Shown one piece after another: positions 1-13,214 of a stretch of DNA of 64,000 bases. The DNA comes from Octopus bimaculoides (lineage: Eukaryota). Positions within the stretch are counted from its first letter, which is position 1. Each line of letters begins with the position of its first letter. The notes beneath the pieces were generated by a model. It saw only the letters and a list, made by a program, of their open reading frames with translations. It was not told the origin of the DNA and made no database searches. The translations under genes and the position numbers were made by a program. The DNA lies in the NCBI RefSeq assembly GCF_001194135.2, contig NC_068987.1:47495955-47559954 (forward strand), in the 5' to 3' direction.

Positions 1-2686
1 GCAGCAATGGCGCAAGAGCCAACACATACAGGAGCGGAGACAAGGGACACCCTTTAAGAACTGAGTGCTTGATCGAAAACGGCTCCATCAGGTAACTGTT
101 TATCTGGACTGTGGACTTGATGCCACCCACGCTTTACTTTGGTCTAAATGGACCATTGCCCTTCCTTTGCTGGATAATTTACCAACCCTGTCTAAGGTGT
201 AGTGGATAAGGTGAAGATTGTCCTGGATCAACCAGCCTGGGATTGCACATGTCTGTGCCTTCCCTACAAGTTTCTCCATTACAGCCATCAACCTTCTTAC
301 TGACATCTTGGCCAAAATCTTTAACTCTACATTAAGTAGAGTTATGGTCCTGTAATTGCTAATACTATCCCACTTGCTTGGGTCTTTCTGGACCACTCCC
401 TGGCTCACAGAACTGGAAATCCTCCCGTTCTGTTGCCAGTTTGTATAGACTCCTGCCAGTATATCCCTGAACAAGTCCGGCATACAACAATAAAACTCAT
501 AGGGCAGACCATTCAACCCCAGTAACTTTTCCCTGGTGCACTCGGCCAACACCTCTTTTACCTCTGCGGAAGTGATCAGTCTTTCACAGCATTCTGCCTC
601 ATGTGCCGAGAGCCACCCGGCTAAGAAGTCCTTTAAGGCCTCCCCTTGCTCAAGTGAACTGCCCCCACCGAATAAGTGGGCGAAATGCTGGTGAAAGACT
701 TTCTGCATCTCCTTCTGTCCATAGATCTTGCACCCCTGTTCATCAGTTAAAGACTTTATAGAGGCATTTTTACCTCTCTGACTCTCCACATGACATGCCC
801 ATCCGGCAACGTTAATACCTTCTCGCTTCCCTGCACATAGCTTAGCTCTAACTCTGCAACTTTCATGCTTGGAGTTGAGGTGACGGTACTAGATCGTTCG
901 GATCTTTTTTAAAACGGGGGCCACATTTTTCATTAATGTTTTACGTAGTCTTTTTGGTACCGAAAGACTTTCAAACTTCGTATACTTATCTATTTTGTGT
1001 TATAGAACAAAAATATTTTTGTATTCGAATTTATTTCATGTAAAAAATTGTCTTATTTCGATAATTTCAACCAATCACTGACAAGTATTCAGTTGTTTAC
1101 ATTTACTCCTTTGGCTGATTAAGCGGTGTAAAGCGTATTTAATTTCCATAGCTTCGTTTTGCTTTTTTTCTTTTTAAATTTGCTGTTTTACCCTAACCCT
1201 AACCCTATCACCGATAGAATTGTTTCAGAATCGTTTGTTTATGTAGTCGGCACTTAATGTATATCGGCTGAATGGACCTCAGTGATTGGTTGAAATTACA
1301 GAAATACGACAACTTTAACATGGAATAACTTTATGTGGACACCTATGCTACATGGCAGTGAAACATGGACTGTAACTGCAGACGATATGCAAAGGCTCGA
1401 AAGAAATGAAGCCTGCTGGATGTGCAACTTCAGTGTGCAGGTATAGCAAAGATTAAAGAAGACTAAGAGAAAAAGATGTTTTATATGACACATTCTACCA
1501 GTGTTCCAAGTTTCAAAGTGTTTCGTTAATGAAAAATGTGGCCCCCGTTTAAAAAAGGATCCGATCGTTCTCACCACCAGCATTCTAGATGCAGAGCCAG
1601 ATTCCACAGCCTCGTCTAGGTTCTTAACTAAATCGCCCTCTATTCTAATCCTATCTAAACTTAGCTGATTGCTAAATCAAATGGACTCTAAATGGATGGC
1701 TCTTTTGAGGGCGTGCCACCATCTATTATTAATGATAGCACCACATAATGCCCTCTGTATGAAAGGCTTCGCAAGTCAAAATAGACTTGTTCATCTTCCA
1801 GTACCGGGGTCCCTGTCTATGACATTTATCTAAATGTACCTCACACGTCACAAACTTGTGATCCGTGTAAGGCACAGTACAAAACCGTGGACAACTAAAA
1901 GTATTCTTATCTCTTTTCCTAATGAATACCCTATCTAAGTACGATCTGCATGAGCCATCGTTGTTACTCCACGTCCACTGTGGAACGCTCGGCTCATCCA
2001 GTCAGTAACGGTCTACTAGATTAAAGCTCTCTAGTAGACCCTTGAGGTCAGAATTCCCCTTCCTATCAGTTGAGTCAACACTATCCCCCCGCGCATCAAG
2101 GATATTGTAAAAGTCACCTACTAGAACTACCGTTTTAGACGTCACTAGAAAGTGCTCCAGGTCTCAAAAAGACCAGCCTGCCTACACTTTATTGGAGCAT
2201 AGACAGCCACCAACCTGAAGGACTGCTTACTTATATGTGTCACATCTAGGTCAACCAGCCTACCTTCTGGGTCCAGAAAGACAGTACGTACCTGTAAGTC
2301 CAAGCTCTTCCTGAAAAAGACTGCCACACCCCCTCCACTTCCTTGGCTAGGTGAAATAAATTTCTCGTAACCATTTAGAAGAGGTGAGAACGCTTGAGGT
2401 CTTCTCATCTTGGGCTCGGTTGCAATAGCCACATCTACTCCATGTGACCTGAAGTCATCCAGGAAACAAGCCTGTTTCCTTTTCGACCCCATTCCATGCA
2501 CATTCACACAACCCAACGAAAATAACAACAAACAGTTCTCGTCAAAAACAGTTGTAAATTACAATAACACAAGCAAAACACGAACTCACTCCGGCAGCAA
2601 CAAAAAACGTCGAAACAAAAATCAAAGAGGGTATCCACAAGAGGCAAAAACAAGTGACTTGGTAGCTGTCGATGTCTCTCCGCCTT
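1..2686 (-). mobile_element. Decayed Tx1/L1-clade non-LTR retrotransposon (APE endonuclease + RT), interrupted by a MITE; runs off the window start
   Basis: APE motifs at 2145-2531 (CVNVHG, GVAVFF, RLVAVYAP); RT motifs at 100-789 (GLPYEFY, NYRTITLLNVELKILAK, IQDNLHL, LDQSKA) and SVLKGCPLSPLLYVLALAPLL at 1-100. Clade assigned from motif memory only. Confidence 0.85.
899..1563. mobile_element. Non-autonomous TIR DNA element nested in the LINE
   Basis: About 40-bp TIRs (CGGATCTTTTTTAAAACGGGGGCCACATTTTTCATTAA / TTAATGAAAAATGTGGCCCCCGTTTAAAAAAGGATCCG) flanked by ATCGTT on both sides (893-898, 1564-1569); short (CCCTAA)n tract near 1190-1206. Confidence 0.85.
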
Positions 2687-2731
2687 TGAAAACATATATA
2701 TTTCAACTGAAATACATTCACTGATTTTTTA

Positions 2732-2962
2732 AAATAGAAATAATACATTTCTAAATCTCTCAAAGAGATTTATGCAATAGCAGCATGATAAAGTGATAGT
2801 ATGTTGTCAACTTAATGTGACAGTCCCATGAAAGGGAAGAATGCTACTGTTATTTAGCCCTAGGAAGCACCGTTTCCTGTTGGACTTGACACATTTCCTG
2901 TGTCCTTATGCTGCTACTGCATAAATCTCTTTGAGAGATTTAGAAACGTATTATTTCTATTT
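2732..2962. mobile_element. MITE with 55-bp TIRs
   Basis: aaatagaaataatacatttctaaatctctcaaagagatttatgcaatagcagcat matches the reverse complement of the right end with 2 mismatches; no clear TSD. Confidence 0.75.
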
Positions 2963-4229
2963 CCCCAATTGTGTTAAATATGTTTTCATCATCATCATCA
3001 TCATCCTCATCATCATCATCGTCATCATCATCTAATGTCTATTTTTCTTGTTGGCATGGGTTGGACGGTTCTACAGCAATTTGGAAGTTAGACTGCAACA
3101 AACTCTGCTGTTTGTTTTGGCATGGTTTCTTTGGCTGGATACCCTTACCAGCACCAACCACTTTACAAAATGTACCGGGTGCTTTTTATGTGGATCCAGC
3201 AACAGTGAGGTTACCAAGTAACTTGCAGAACAAGACGCCTCAAATGAGGTTTGGGGGGAGTAGTATTGAGGGACAAAAAGGGAGACATGCATTAGAGAGG
3301 AAACATGATTGCTTCAAGTGAGGTGAGAGTGGAGGAGAGTGAGAAAAGGAAGAGAGAGGGAGAAGATGGTCAAGATGTGAGAGTGAGTGGACCTGAGATC
3401 GGAGAAGGTGAGTGGGTAGGTTCCTGAGACTGCAAAAGGACAGAGGTTGATGGAGGGGGATGTAGTGAGAAGACACAAGTAGAGAGAAAAGGTATTAGGA
3501 GGATATGCTCTGGGGAAGAAATTCAGTGGGGACATATAGTGTGTAGGTAGGTACATGTGGTAGAGTGGGGGGAAATGCAGTGAGTGGTGAGCATGAAAGG
3601 TGGAAGGGGTATAGGGAAGATGGGCTGTGGAGGAGGTGGGGACCGATTGTGTGGGGAGGGGAGGCATGGACACGAAGGACATGTCTTTATGGCCTCACTT
3701 TTACTTAGCTGGCAAGTCTGAAGCATAGTAAATTGCCAAATGTCTTAATCATTTCGTCTGTGAAGCTTAATATTTGAAGATCTGTGGTTTAAAGGTACAA
3801 AATAAAGTTGCTTGTACCTCAAGTTGTAATCGGGGACAACAGCTAAATCATTCAGTTGTAATCATATGTTGACTCTACCGATCTCTTGCCAGCTAGGACC
3901 ACTATGCATGGCTGCTATTAGAACACGACTTGCCTTGCCCGCAGACATTGTAAGAAAGAGGCCAACTTTACCTGTTGCTCACTGACATGACGTCATCTCC
4001 TCCCCTTTCAATCTACCCGCAACATCTCTCTTCCTCCCTGCCAGTCAATTAGCCTTCCACCACAAGATCATTTGTTCCACATCTTGAGTCTTCTTCTTTC
4101 AAAGGTTCCCTCCATATTTATTGACTGGCACCTCTATATGGAGCTGTCCTCCTCCTCCATGCCAACACAGTCTCCTCTCTTGCACACTACAAATGATGTC
4201 TTTTACATCCAATTTTATCCTTAGTACAT

Positions 4230-4495
4230 TTTAATCTTTGCTATACCTGCACACTGAAGTTGCACATCCAGCAGGCTTCATTTCTTTCGAGCCTTTGCAT
4301 ATCGTCTGCAGTTACAGTCCATGTTTCACTGCCATGTAGCATAGGTGTCCACATAAAGCTTCATACAATCTGCCTTTCACTCTGAAAGAGAGGCTTTTGT
4401 TATCAACAAAGGTAATAACTCTCTGAACTTTGTCCAACTGGTTCTTATTCTAACTATTACACTTTCAGAGCAACTGCTTCCATTGCTAATATGAA
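4230..4495 (-). mobile_element. RTE-clade LINE fragment
   Basis: Reverse complement matches the post-RT region of the RTE copies at 19.7-19.9 kb and 42.8-43.1 kb (ctatgctacatggcagtgaaacatgg, gaaagaaatgaagc). Confidence 0.75.
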
Positions 4496-4594
4496 GGGCT
4501 AAAGGTAATTTTTTTTTATAGGAATATACTGCTTTGTAAGAAGTTATAGCTTAATGAGTTTGGAAAGCTACCATATGGCAGATATGAAGTATAA

Positions 4595-4678
4595 ACCACC
4601 ACCACCACCACCACCATTGCCACCGCTGCTGCTGCCGCCACTGCCGCCACTGCCACCACCACCACCACCACCACCACC
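4595..4678. repeat. (CCA/CCG/CTG)n triplet microsatellite
   Basis: Direct inspection; explains the poly-Pro and poly-Trp ORFs. Confidence 0.9.
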
Positions 4679-4794
4679 TGCATGTGAACTTAACGTGCAA
4701 GTGGCTGAGCAATCTACAAACATGCCTGCTCTTAATATAGATCTCAGGGAGATTTAGCATGGCAGAATGTGACGAAGTTGGATCTTTGAAATAC

Positions 4795-4932
4795 AGGTAC
4801 TACTCACATTTGCCAGCTGAGTGGACTGGAGCAATGTGAAATAAAGTGTTTTACTCAAGGACATAATGCACTGCTAGGTATTGAACTCACAACCTTATGA
4901 TCTTGAGCTGAATACCCTAACTACTTAGCCAC
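4795..4932 (-). mobile_element. tRNA-derived SINE, family 3 (another copy at about 28020-28195)
   Basis: Minus-strand head gtggctaagtagttagggtattcagctcaagatcataaggttgtgagttcaatacc with A/B-box-like motifs, followed by a shared body. Confidence 0.6.
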
Positions 4933-5490
4933 TTGCTTTCACTTCACACATACATGCACATGCAGTCATGTGGCTTTTCTCAGCAAGAAACCTGTTCTGC
5001 TCTGGTCCTATTCTCACATACTTTACTTTTTTCTACTCGTTCTCTGAGCATAAAGTTGCCCCAACCCTTTGAGGTTCATAGTTTTGCAGACAGCACAGCA
5101 ATCTCATTAGTACTGGTGGCATGTAAAAAGCACTCAGTACATGCTGTAAAGTGACGTTAGGAAGAGTATCCAGCTATAAAAAAACAATGCTAAGTCTTTG
5201 GGTCCATCAGATTATGTCAAACCGTCCAACCCATGCCAGCATGAAACATGGACGTTAAATGAAAATGACTACGAAGATGATATATGTCCTGCTACTTTTC
5301 AGTTTCCATCAACCAAATGCAATCGCAAACTTTGGTCAGCCTAGGGTTAAAGTAGACGATACTAGCCCGAGGTGCAACGCAGTGGGTCTGAACCTGAAAC
5401 AATGTGGTTGGGAAGTAAACTTCTTAGCGCCTACAGTAATCGAACGCCTTGTCTTTCGTAAATGATATATTTGTGTGATTGAAAGTGAAT

Positions 5491-5499
5491 GTGTGTGTA

Positions 5500-5560
<61 letters not shown>
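5491..5560. repeat. Compound (GT)n(GA)n microsatellite, representative of dozens of (AT)n, (CA)n, (CT)n and (CAT)n tracts
   Basis: Direct inspection; other long tracts at 28205-28265, 31165-31218, 36108-36196, 37665-37708, 38516-38558 and 50872-50917. Confidence 0.95.
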
Positions 5561-5561
<1 letters not shown>

Positions 5562-5624
5562 GTGTACACATACACATATCCATCCATAGAGAAGGTAGTT
5601 TCTCTGGTTAGCGATTACATCTCG

Positions 5625-5760
5625 TACCGCCATCCATAGTTTCAAGAAGTCCTAACACTCCCGTAATAATCCTTCACACCTCTTACTACTTCCTTTCGGT
5701 TTAACTTCCCTTGCTGACATCTCTGTCGGCAGGAAAGCGATCGTTTCTCCCCAGGTAGGT
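5625..5760 (+). promoter_or_regulatory. Putative promoter / non-coding exon 1 of ZNF A, with donor at 5755
   Basis: Homologous to 32700-32808 and 45815-45908: CTGTCGGCAGGAA at 5723-5735, then CAG|GTAGGT. Implied intron 5755-14979 (9225 bp). No transcript evidence. Confidence 0.6.
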
Positions 5761-7124
5761 ATGCTTCATTCTCTTATCTACCCTCATTTGTATATACAGT
5801 CCTGTTGCATACCAATTATACATTAGTTACTAGACATATTAACTATAAAACATTTGCAACACATCCATCGCGTCTTCTCAGTCGGTGACGAAGTGTGTGG
5901 CTTTGTTTTTCGTCTTGAGATGTTGTGTTGATGGTGGACAGAGAGAAAAGATTTGTTGCTGTGATGAGTGTTATCGGTAGGCAACAAGGTTTAATTACAG
6001 CAGACTATATAAATCAGACCACACAGTAAATGTGATGATATAAAATAAAGCTCTCCGCCATCAGACAGAGAGGAGAGGTGGTTTTCTTTTGCCACTCTGG
6101 CGACCAAGAATTTAACCGTAAGTTATTTATCTGGTCTATGCAGGTTCGAATGGCGTTGAAGTCATTCATTTAAATTAGTGAAAGATTTCAATTAACCACC
6201 CTCACTATTCTCTTTTCTGATCCACTATGAAATTTTCCTAGAGCTTTTAATATAAATCTGTCTTGGATTACTGTAATCTTTTTACTAAAAAATTTAATCC
6301 CATTAATATTCTCACATTGTTTTAAAACTAACCTCTCCTATACAATATACTCAACGACCTTCCCCCTTTTTAATATTGTTTCTCCTTTATTATTCTGTTT
6401 ATTGGCCTCGTTATTATTGTTGTTTAACTATATGAGTACATTTGTTGTTGTCGATGATGATTGTATATATGTTTTTATTAGAGCAGAGTATTTTAACCTT
6501 CATCTTTGCTTTCCGTTAACAATCAAATGGTCATATTTTCTCCGCGTGTCCGTCTATGTATTTTTATTACTGTTCATTTTTGCAGTACTTTTGCCTGGAG
6601 GTTGCCCTAACCTCTCTCTCTCTCTCAGCAAATAGAATAATTGCGGAAAGGCTGGCAACAACGATTGCTACTCCGTTGCATAGTCCACTCCCACCAATTC
6701 TCTGATCAAAGCAACTTCCATGTTCGATGTCTTCCAAGTTGGCCAGACGTGTTTATTTGATAATTCTCACCAATTTCTGTACATAATACTCAACACAAGG
6801 GGAGGTAGACTGGAGGTCATTTAGGCATTGTAACACCCATTTTATATCACTGACCATACAAAGATATCTATGTCTCCCGCCCACCATTCTTCACATTCTC
6901 ATGTTTTTTCTTTTTACCTAAGGTCGGTACCGTTGTATTTCATATGGATCCAACGAACGAAAATAACTGACCGGACATAGCAGAGGCATATGCATCTTTA
7001 ATTAACCCTATAAAAAAATATAAAAACCACTTCACTTATATTGAAGTTAAATAAGCAAGTGTATTAGTGTGGTACACACATGACTCAGTGGTCCAGTATC
7101 TAGCTCCACCACCAGACCTCGTGG

Positions 7125-7158
<34 letters not shown>

Positions 7159-10100
7159 TACACACACATATATCTCCGTTTTTGTAAAGATTAGCTTTTA
7201 TCCTTCACATTTTCTCAATATTTTGTCTGTGTGTACTATCAGCTCTAGGATTCAGGAAATTTTCCTTCTCGGCCACCGGAATCCTGGTACTGTGTCTTAC
7301 TATACACACACACACACACACACACACACTTTATTAACAACGCATTTTTGCATTATTAATCATGAGTTTTAAGAATCTATCACGAATTTCTTTGTATTCG
7401 TTTGCTCACTACGAATTGAACACGTCGATCTCATCATCTGATGCCCTTGTGACAAATAATAGAAATCATTACGATAGTAGGATGGTGAGAAGAGATTCCC
7501 ACTTTAGGATTGCGGCATCATGGACGGTCAGTTCCTCAAGTTCAAAGCCATTGAAAGTTGCTTTCCCTTTTCTCCATTAGTTAATAATAATGATTTTGTT
7601 TTGAAGTGATACCACTTCACATTTTTATAAAAGGCGGATATAGTTGATTGCACCGACTTCGTTACTTAACTGTTTTTATTTTATCAACTGTGGAAGGATT
7701 TGAACTCAAAATGTAGCGGAAGGAATCTAGGCGCTGTCATTCTACTCACTAACCTTCGCAGAGTTATTAAAAACAATAATAATAGTTCTTTATTTGCAAC
7801 AAGGGGGATATTAATGATTTCTAACTTTGGTACAAGACCCTCACATTTTGGAGGAAGAATACGGTCACTTAAATCGACCTGATTGGTATTTTATCTTTTG
7901 AAGGGTCGTTAAAGCGTCCGATAAAATGCGTTTCGGTATTTCTATCCTGCTCTTTATGTTCTGGTTTCAAATCACGCTGAGCTCAACTTTGCCCTTCTTC
8001 CTTTCAGGATCGATAAAATGAGGCACCAGTCAGGTATTGGGCTCGATGCTTTCTGTTTATATGTAAAACAGTTATTTTATCAACGCGTGTTTGATGAAAG
8101 GTGATGTCGACCCCCAGCGAAATATGAACTTAGAATGTAAAGGGGCATAACTAAAATACTAGGTGACATCTAGTCTTGTACTCTATTTCTGCCAACTCAC
8201 CACTCAATAATTGCAATGGACGGGGGCAGTCTATAAAGATAGACAACTAACTGTATACACTGTTAGATTACGGCCTGTATTATTTACGTTTCAAATAATC
8301 TATAGAAACAATCCCTCCGAAAAGTAATTTGAACCTCTTAACCAACTTCGAACCTACGTAGAACAATTTTATGCGTAAAAATCTAACTGGGCTTTTAATG
8401 ATTGGATTTAGTCGGTTATTTGTAGCAGATTACCGATGATAGATGTTATTAATTAGACCGTTACTATATCTACTTTAAACAGCTGCCATACTCGATATTA
8501 TAAATATACTGCAACCATTATTGGCTAAACGAAAATGGGAAGTATTGACTGGGCGGGGTGGGATGAAGGCTCCTTAATCCCAGCATTTCCACCTAGTTGG
8601 TTGGTCCCATCTGTTAATGGACTCAGGTAAAGCCAGGTTTTTAACTGGTATTTTGTCGGTTTATTTAATGGCTATAACTGCATTAAAAGCTGAATATTCA
8701 AAGCTGCTTCGGGGCAAAATACTTTTCTACTTTAACATTACCCCTCCCGTCCCCTTTTCACCCACTTATCTGCCCACTACTTTTTGTTCTTTCTCTCTCT
8801 CTCCACCTGACCTGCCTAAATTCTTTTCTCCCTTTTCGTTTCTCCCTTTCTCACTCTCACCACTCTCCTTTTCTTTCTCCATCATCTCACATATCTCATA
8901 ATCTCCCTCTTACTTCCACCGTATCGCTTCATAACTTTCTTTCCTCATCTCCTCTTTTAGCCCTTCACGTCTCCTCCTCTCTCTTTTACCTCACCCTTTT
9001 TTATCGCTCTCTCTCTCTCTCTCATCAAGTCACATCTCTTTTACCTCACCCTCCATCTTACCCCTTCTGTCTTATTAACTCTCCCTTTTTCCTTATCACT
9101 TTTTCCTTATCACCCCTTCTGTCGTACCTCACCCTCTATATTACAAGTTAATTACTATCTGAAACTGATTTCCGGCAATGTGTGCGTGCGTGCGTGTTTT
9201 CTTCCCTCATTCCACAAGTATGTAGGTTGGTAGGGACAACATTGTGCTTCTGGGAAGGAAATACAACCTTGAAACATCAGCTTGCATTTGAAACACCCAA
9301 CTGTAGCTTTTCCCTCGTAACGTTGCTCAGCTCCTTGGCCGTAATTAAACAATATCAGCTATGTTGTTGTCAGCTGTTATTTAGCATGGTTTGGAGAATA
9401 TAAATCCAGCTATGATCCAGTTGCTTATAGATAAGGTACCGTAACTTTATTAAGTAAACCACATCGATTACTCCCTCTCTCGCAACATATTTGATACTTC
9501 TTTCTCTGAAGCCAAACTCTCTTGATTAGAGATTAATTCTATCTGTTGAGTAACTGAACCGTGTATTCCTTTCTTACCAGGGATATATTCTCCCTCCACA
9601 TTGTTATAAGAAGTTGATTCGTTGGTTCCTCCACCTTCAAATTTACTGCCTACAAGTAATGTGGACTGAGATTGTTTCTTTAAAAAAAAAAACGAGAAAC
9701 AATCTAGTTGTCAACGTACGAAAGAAAACTCATTACCTAATGAACGCGGACATAGACGTACAGTTAAGAAATTCGTTTCGCACCTTTGTGCTTCCGAGTT
9801 CGATTCTAGTGCGCTACATCTTGAGCAGATATCTTTTACAGTACGCTTACGTTGAAAAATGTTTTGTGGGTGGAATTTAATCGACCGAAACTGGGGGAAA
9901 TAATCGTGTGTATGTGTTTATGTATTGTTTGTAGTGTAAAGCACCGTTTAATGTCTTTTCCATGCATGCATAGGTGAAACGGATTTTGTTGAAGCAGATT
10001 TTCTACGGCTGGGTGTTCTTCTTGTCACCAACCCTCGACCTGGAAACCAGCATCGCTTGTATGATGGTGATGCTCGTTTACAACAAACCGTGACGCTAAG

Positions 10101-11646
10101 TCACAATGCACACATTCATCATCATCATTTAACGCCCGTTTCAGTTTCTCTCTACGAAACCCACTCATAAGGCTTTGATTGGTCTAGCCCTTCAGTAGAA
10201 GACACCCTTGGTGTCATACAGTGGGACTGAACCCAAGACCACATGGTTGGGAAGCAAGATTACTTCTCAACCACACAGTCACATCAGTATCTATGCGGAG
10301 CTATAAACAAAGTAGTGGAGATGTATATGGATCTAACAGTGTTGTATACAGCCAGGCCTGTCTAGTATCATATGTTCCATCTGTGACCATATTGTTTTTC
10401 CTTTTTTTTTGTTTGATTTTCAGTCATAGAATATCAAGGATTTGGACTACATCATCTAATGTGTCCTTCCTTGTTTATGACATTAGAATGAGATTTGGTT
10501 TATATTTTTAGCAGCTTGAGAAACTTAGGTAAAGCTCCCTCATTGCTACTGTTATTGTTTAACCTGTGCTGTGATGCATAAAAGGCACATATGCTGGTGA
10601 CAGGTAAAGGACACCCAGTATACTCTGTGGAGTGGTTGGCATTAGGAAAGGCATCCAGCTGTAGAAACTAAACCAAAACCGACTGGAGCCTGATGCAGCA
10701 CTCCGGCTTTCCAGTTCTGGTCAAACTCTAGCCCATGCCAGCATGGAAAATGGATACTGAATGATGATGATGATGACAGGTCAGCCCTGATGCAGCAGAT
10801 CTCAGTGTTGATCAATAATGTATCTAGCACTGTGTTATCTAATGTGTCCTTTCATGATTAAGAGACTAGAGGAGGTTTGACCACTACTACTTATAGGTGG
10901 AATGAACAATAAGAGACATCCTCATTGGATTGATTGTCAGCATGTGTTTTAAGGACATGAAAAGAAAGTGTTAATTAGGAACTGTACTTAAATGATGGAG
11001 GGAATGGAATTGTGAGCTATAGTTTACCTGACCAAAATGTACACTGAGAGGATGGTATTTGTTTGCATTTTGTGTGGCATAGATGATTCCTGTTACATGG
11101 TACAGTACAGTGTTTCTCATGGGAAAAGGCCTGTGATAATTGAAAAGAGGAGCAGACTGCATCATCATCATTGTTGACTAATGTCCACTTTTCCATTGTT
11201 GCATGAATCAACAGAATCCATTGAAACAGATTTTCTTCAGCTGAATGCCCTTCCTGTTACCAACCAAGCAAAGTAGTATATTTCCCTCATGCCCAGACAT
11301 GATTTTCACAGAATACTGAAAATAAACAACATTGCTTATATGACAGTAATGCTCATTTACAACTGTTACATGAGCTACAGACAAGGGTGCACGCATGTGC
11401 AAGAGTGCATTTTGCACCAAAAGCCAATATGAGAGTTTCTCTCTTGGTATCTTTTGCAGTATAGTTTGTTCTAACAGAACATTCATGTTTAAGTGGGAAT
11501 AAATATTACATCTCAGTATTAATACTGCCTCTGTTGCTAATATATATTTTTATACACTTAAAGTCCCAGCTGACCAAAGCCTTGTCATGGATTTGGAAAA
11601 AAAAAAAAAANNNNNNNNNNNNNNNNNNNNNNNNNNNNNNNNNNNN

Positions 11647-11687
<41 letters not shown>

Positions 11688-12993
11688 CATATATATTCTT
11701 CCAAATCCACTCATAAGGCTTTGGTCAGCCAGGGCTATAGTAGAAGACACTTACTGAAGGTGCCATGCATTAGAACTGAACCCAAGATCACATGGTTGAG
11801 AAGCATAGTTTTTAACAACACAACCATGCTTATGCCTACCATTTTAAAATTAGGCACTTTTAAACATGTCCAACACCATGCAAGACAAAAAGAGAAGGAT
11901 TATGTGAATGCAAATTCTATCTTCTCATTAATGGAAGTAGGGGGAAGAAGTATTTCACTGAAATTTGGGTGGGGTGCTTGTTTTTGTGAGTATGAGAGCC
12001 AGTTGTTCTCAAACTGGCTGTAATGTGGTCATATTGTCTTAAAATTTTAAAGACTTGCATGGCTGAATCCATACATTATCAAGTGGAAGGTCAGCATTTT
12101 CTGTCCTGCTTCCAAGTGCTACATAGTGACCATGATCAGCTCATTTATGTCTAAACATCCTAAAAATTCTCTGCTGTAGGAAACCACAGTTTGTTGACTG
12201 ATACTATCTTTAACCTTCCAATGAGATTGCATCCTGTTTCCACTTCATCCCTTCCTTTCAAAACCACCTGTATTCAAACTTGAATGGAAACCTCAATAAT
12301 TACTTCAGTTGTTACAGGGCAAAATTTCCATCATAGTTTCATATAAGAACCCTTTTTTAAAGTTATGTTCCAAATAACTATTTAATACGATCTGTCCATT
12401 AAACAAGTAAAAAGTTACTGCTAAAACTCCTCCAAGTTTTGGTTATTTTGAATTCTCTCTAGTGCTGGTATAGAATGCACCCAGTACTGGCTGTAATGTG
12501 GTTGGTAAATGAGTAAAGAATGCAAAGGGTTCCAAGGTCCCTCTTATTCAACTGCTTTAGTGTTGGTGCCACAAGAAAACATACCCAATATATAGTGTAA
12601 AGTGTTTGGCAATAGGAAGGGCATCCAGCCATAGAAACTAATTCAAGTGACACATATGAGCACCAGTCTGTGGAAACAGTCACTCCCAATAAGAAAAGAC
12701 TTCGACCATGACAACCTGTCCAACCTATGTCTGCATGGAAAGCAGATGCAAAATGACGGTAATGATATAAAAAAAACTGACACACATAGGCAATGCATTT
12801 TAGTTACAATTTTACAAAAATATTGTCTCAGAAGCAAATAAAACATACTAGAGAGGGAGAATGACTGAATAATGGTGGTGGTAGAGGTGGGAAGTGTGTG
12901 TAAACCAGTTAAAGATAAAGTTGAGGTCAATTAATTGTATTAATTGCAAGAAAACTACTCTGACAACTGCATTTTACATTTGTGAACCTTTAA

Positions 12994-13214
12994 CCCTTTA
13001 GCATTCAAATTACTTTGTCAAATGTAACGCTTATTTATTCACATTTTTATGAATTAATCAAGCATTACCTTGTATCTTTGAGATTTCAGTGATGTGATTG
13101 TTCATTATTATATGACATTGCAAGGTAGGTGTAACAGGCTGGATCTCAGTTCAATTTGAACATAAAGCAGGTAGAATATTTGGGCTGGATATGACCAAAT
13201 TAAATGCTAAAGGG
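12994..13214. mobile_element. piggyBac-like MITE (related copies at about 16950-17170 and 20992-21217)
   Basis: TTAA|CCCTTTAGCATT ... AATGCTAAAGGG|TTAA: TTAA duplication and CCC...GGG termini. Confidence 0.8.

Noticed and set aside
1190-1206. (CCCTAA)n as a telomere
   Set aside because: Fewer than three units, internal to a TIR element.
4551-4760. Poly-Pro / poly-Trp ORFs
   Set aside because: Translation of a (CCA/CCG)n microsatellite.
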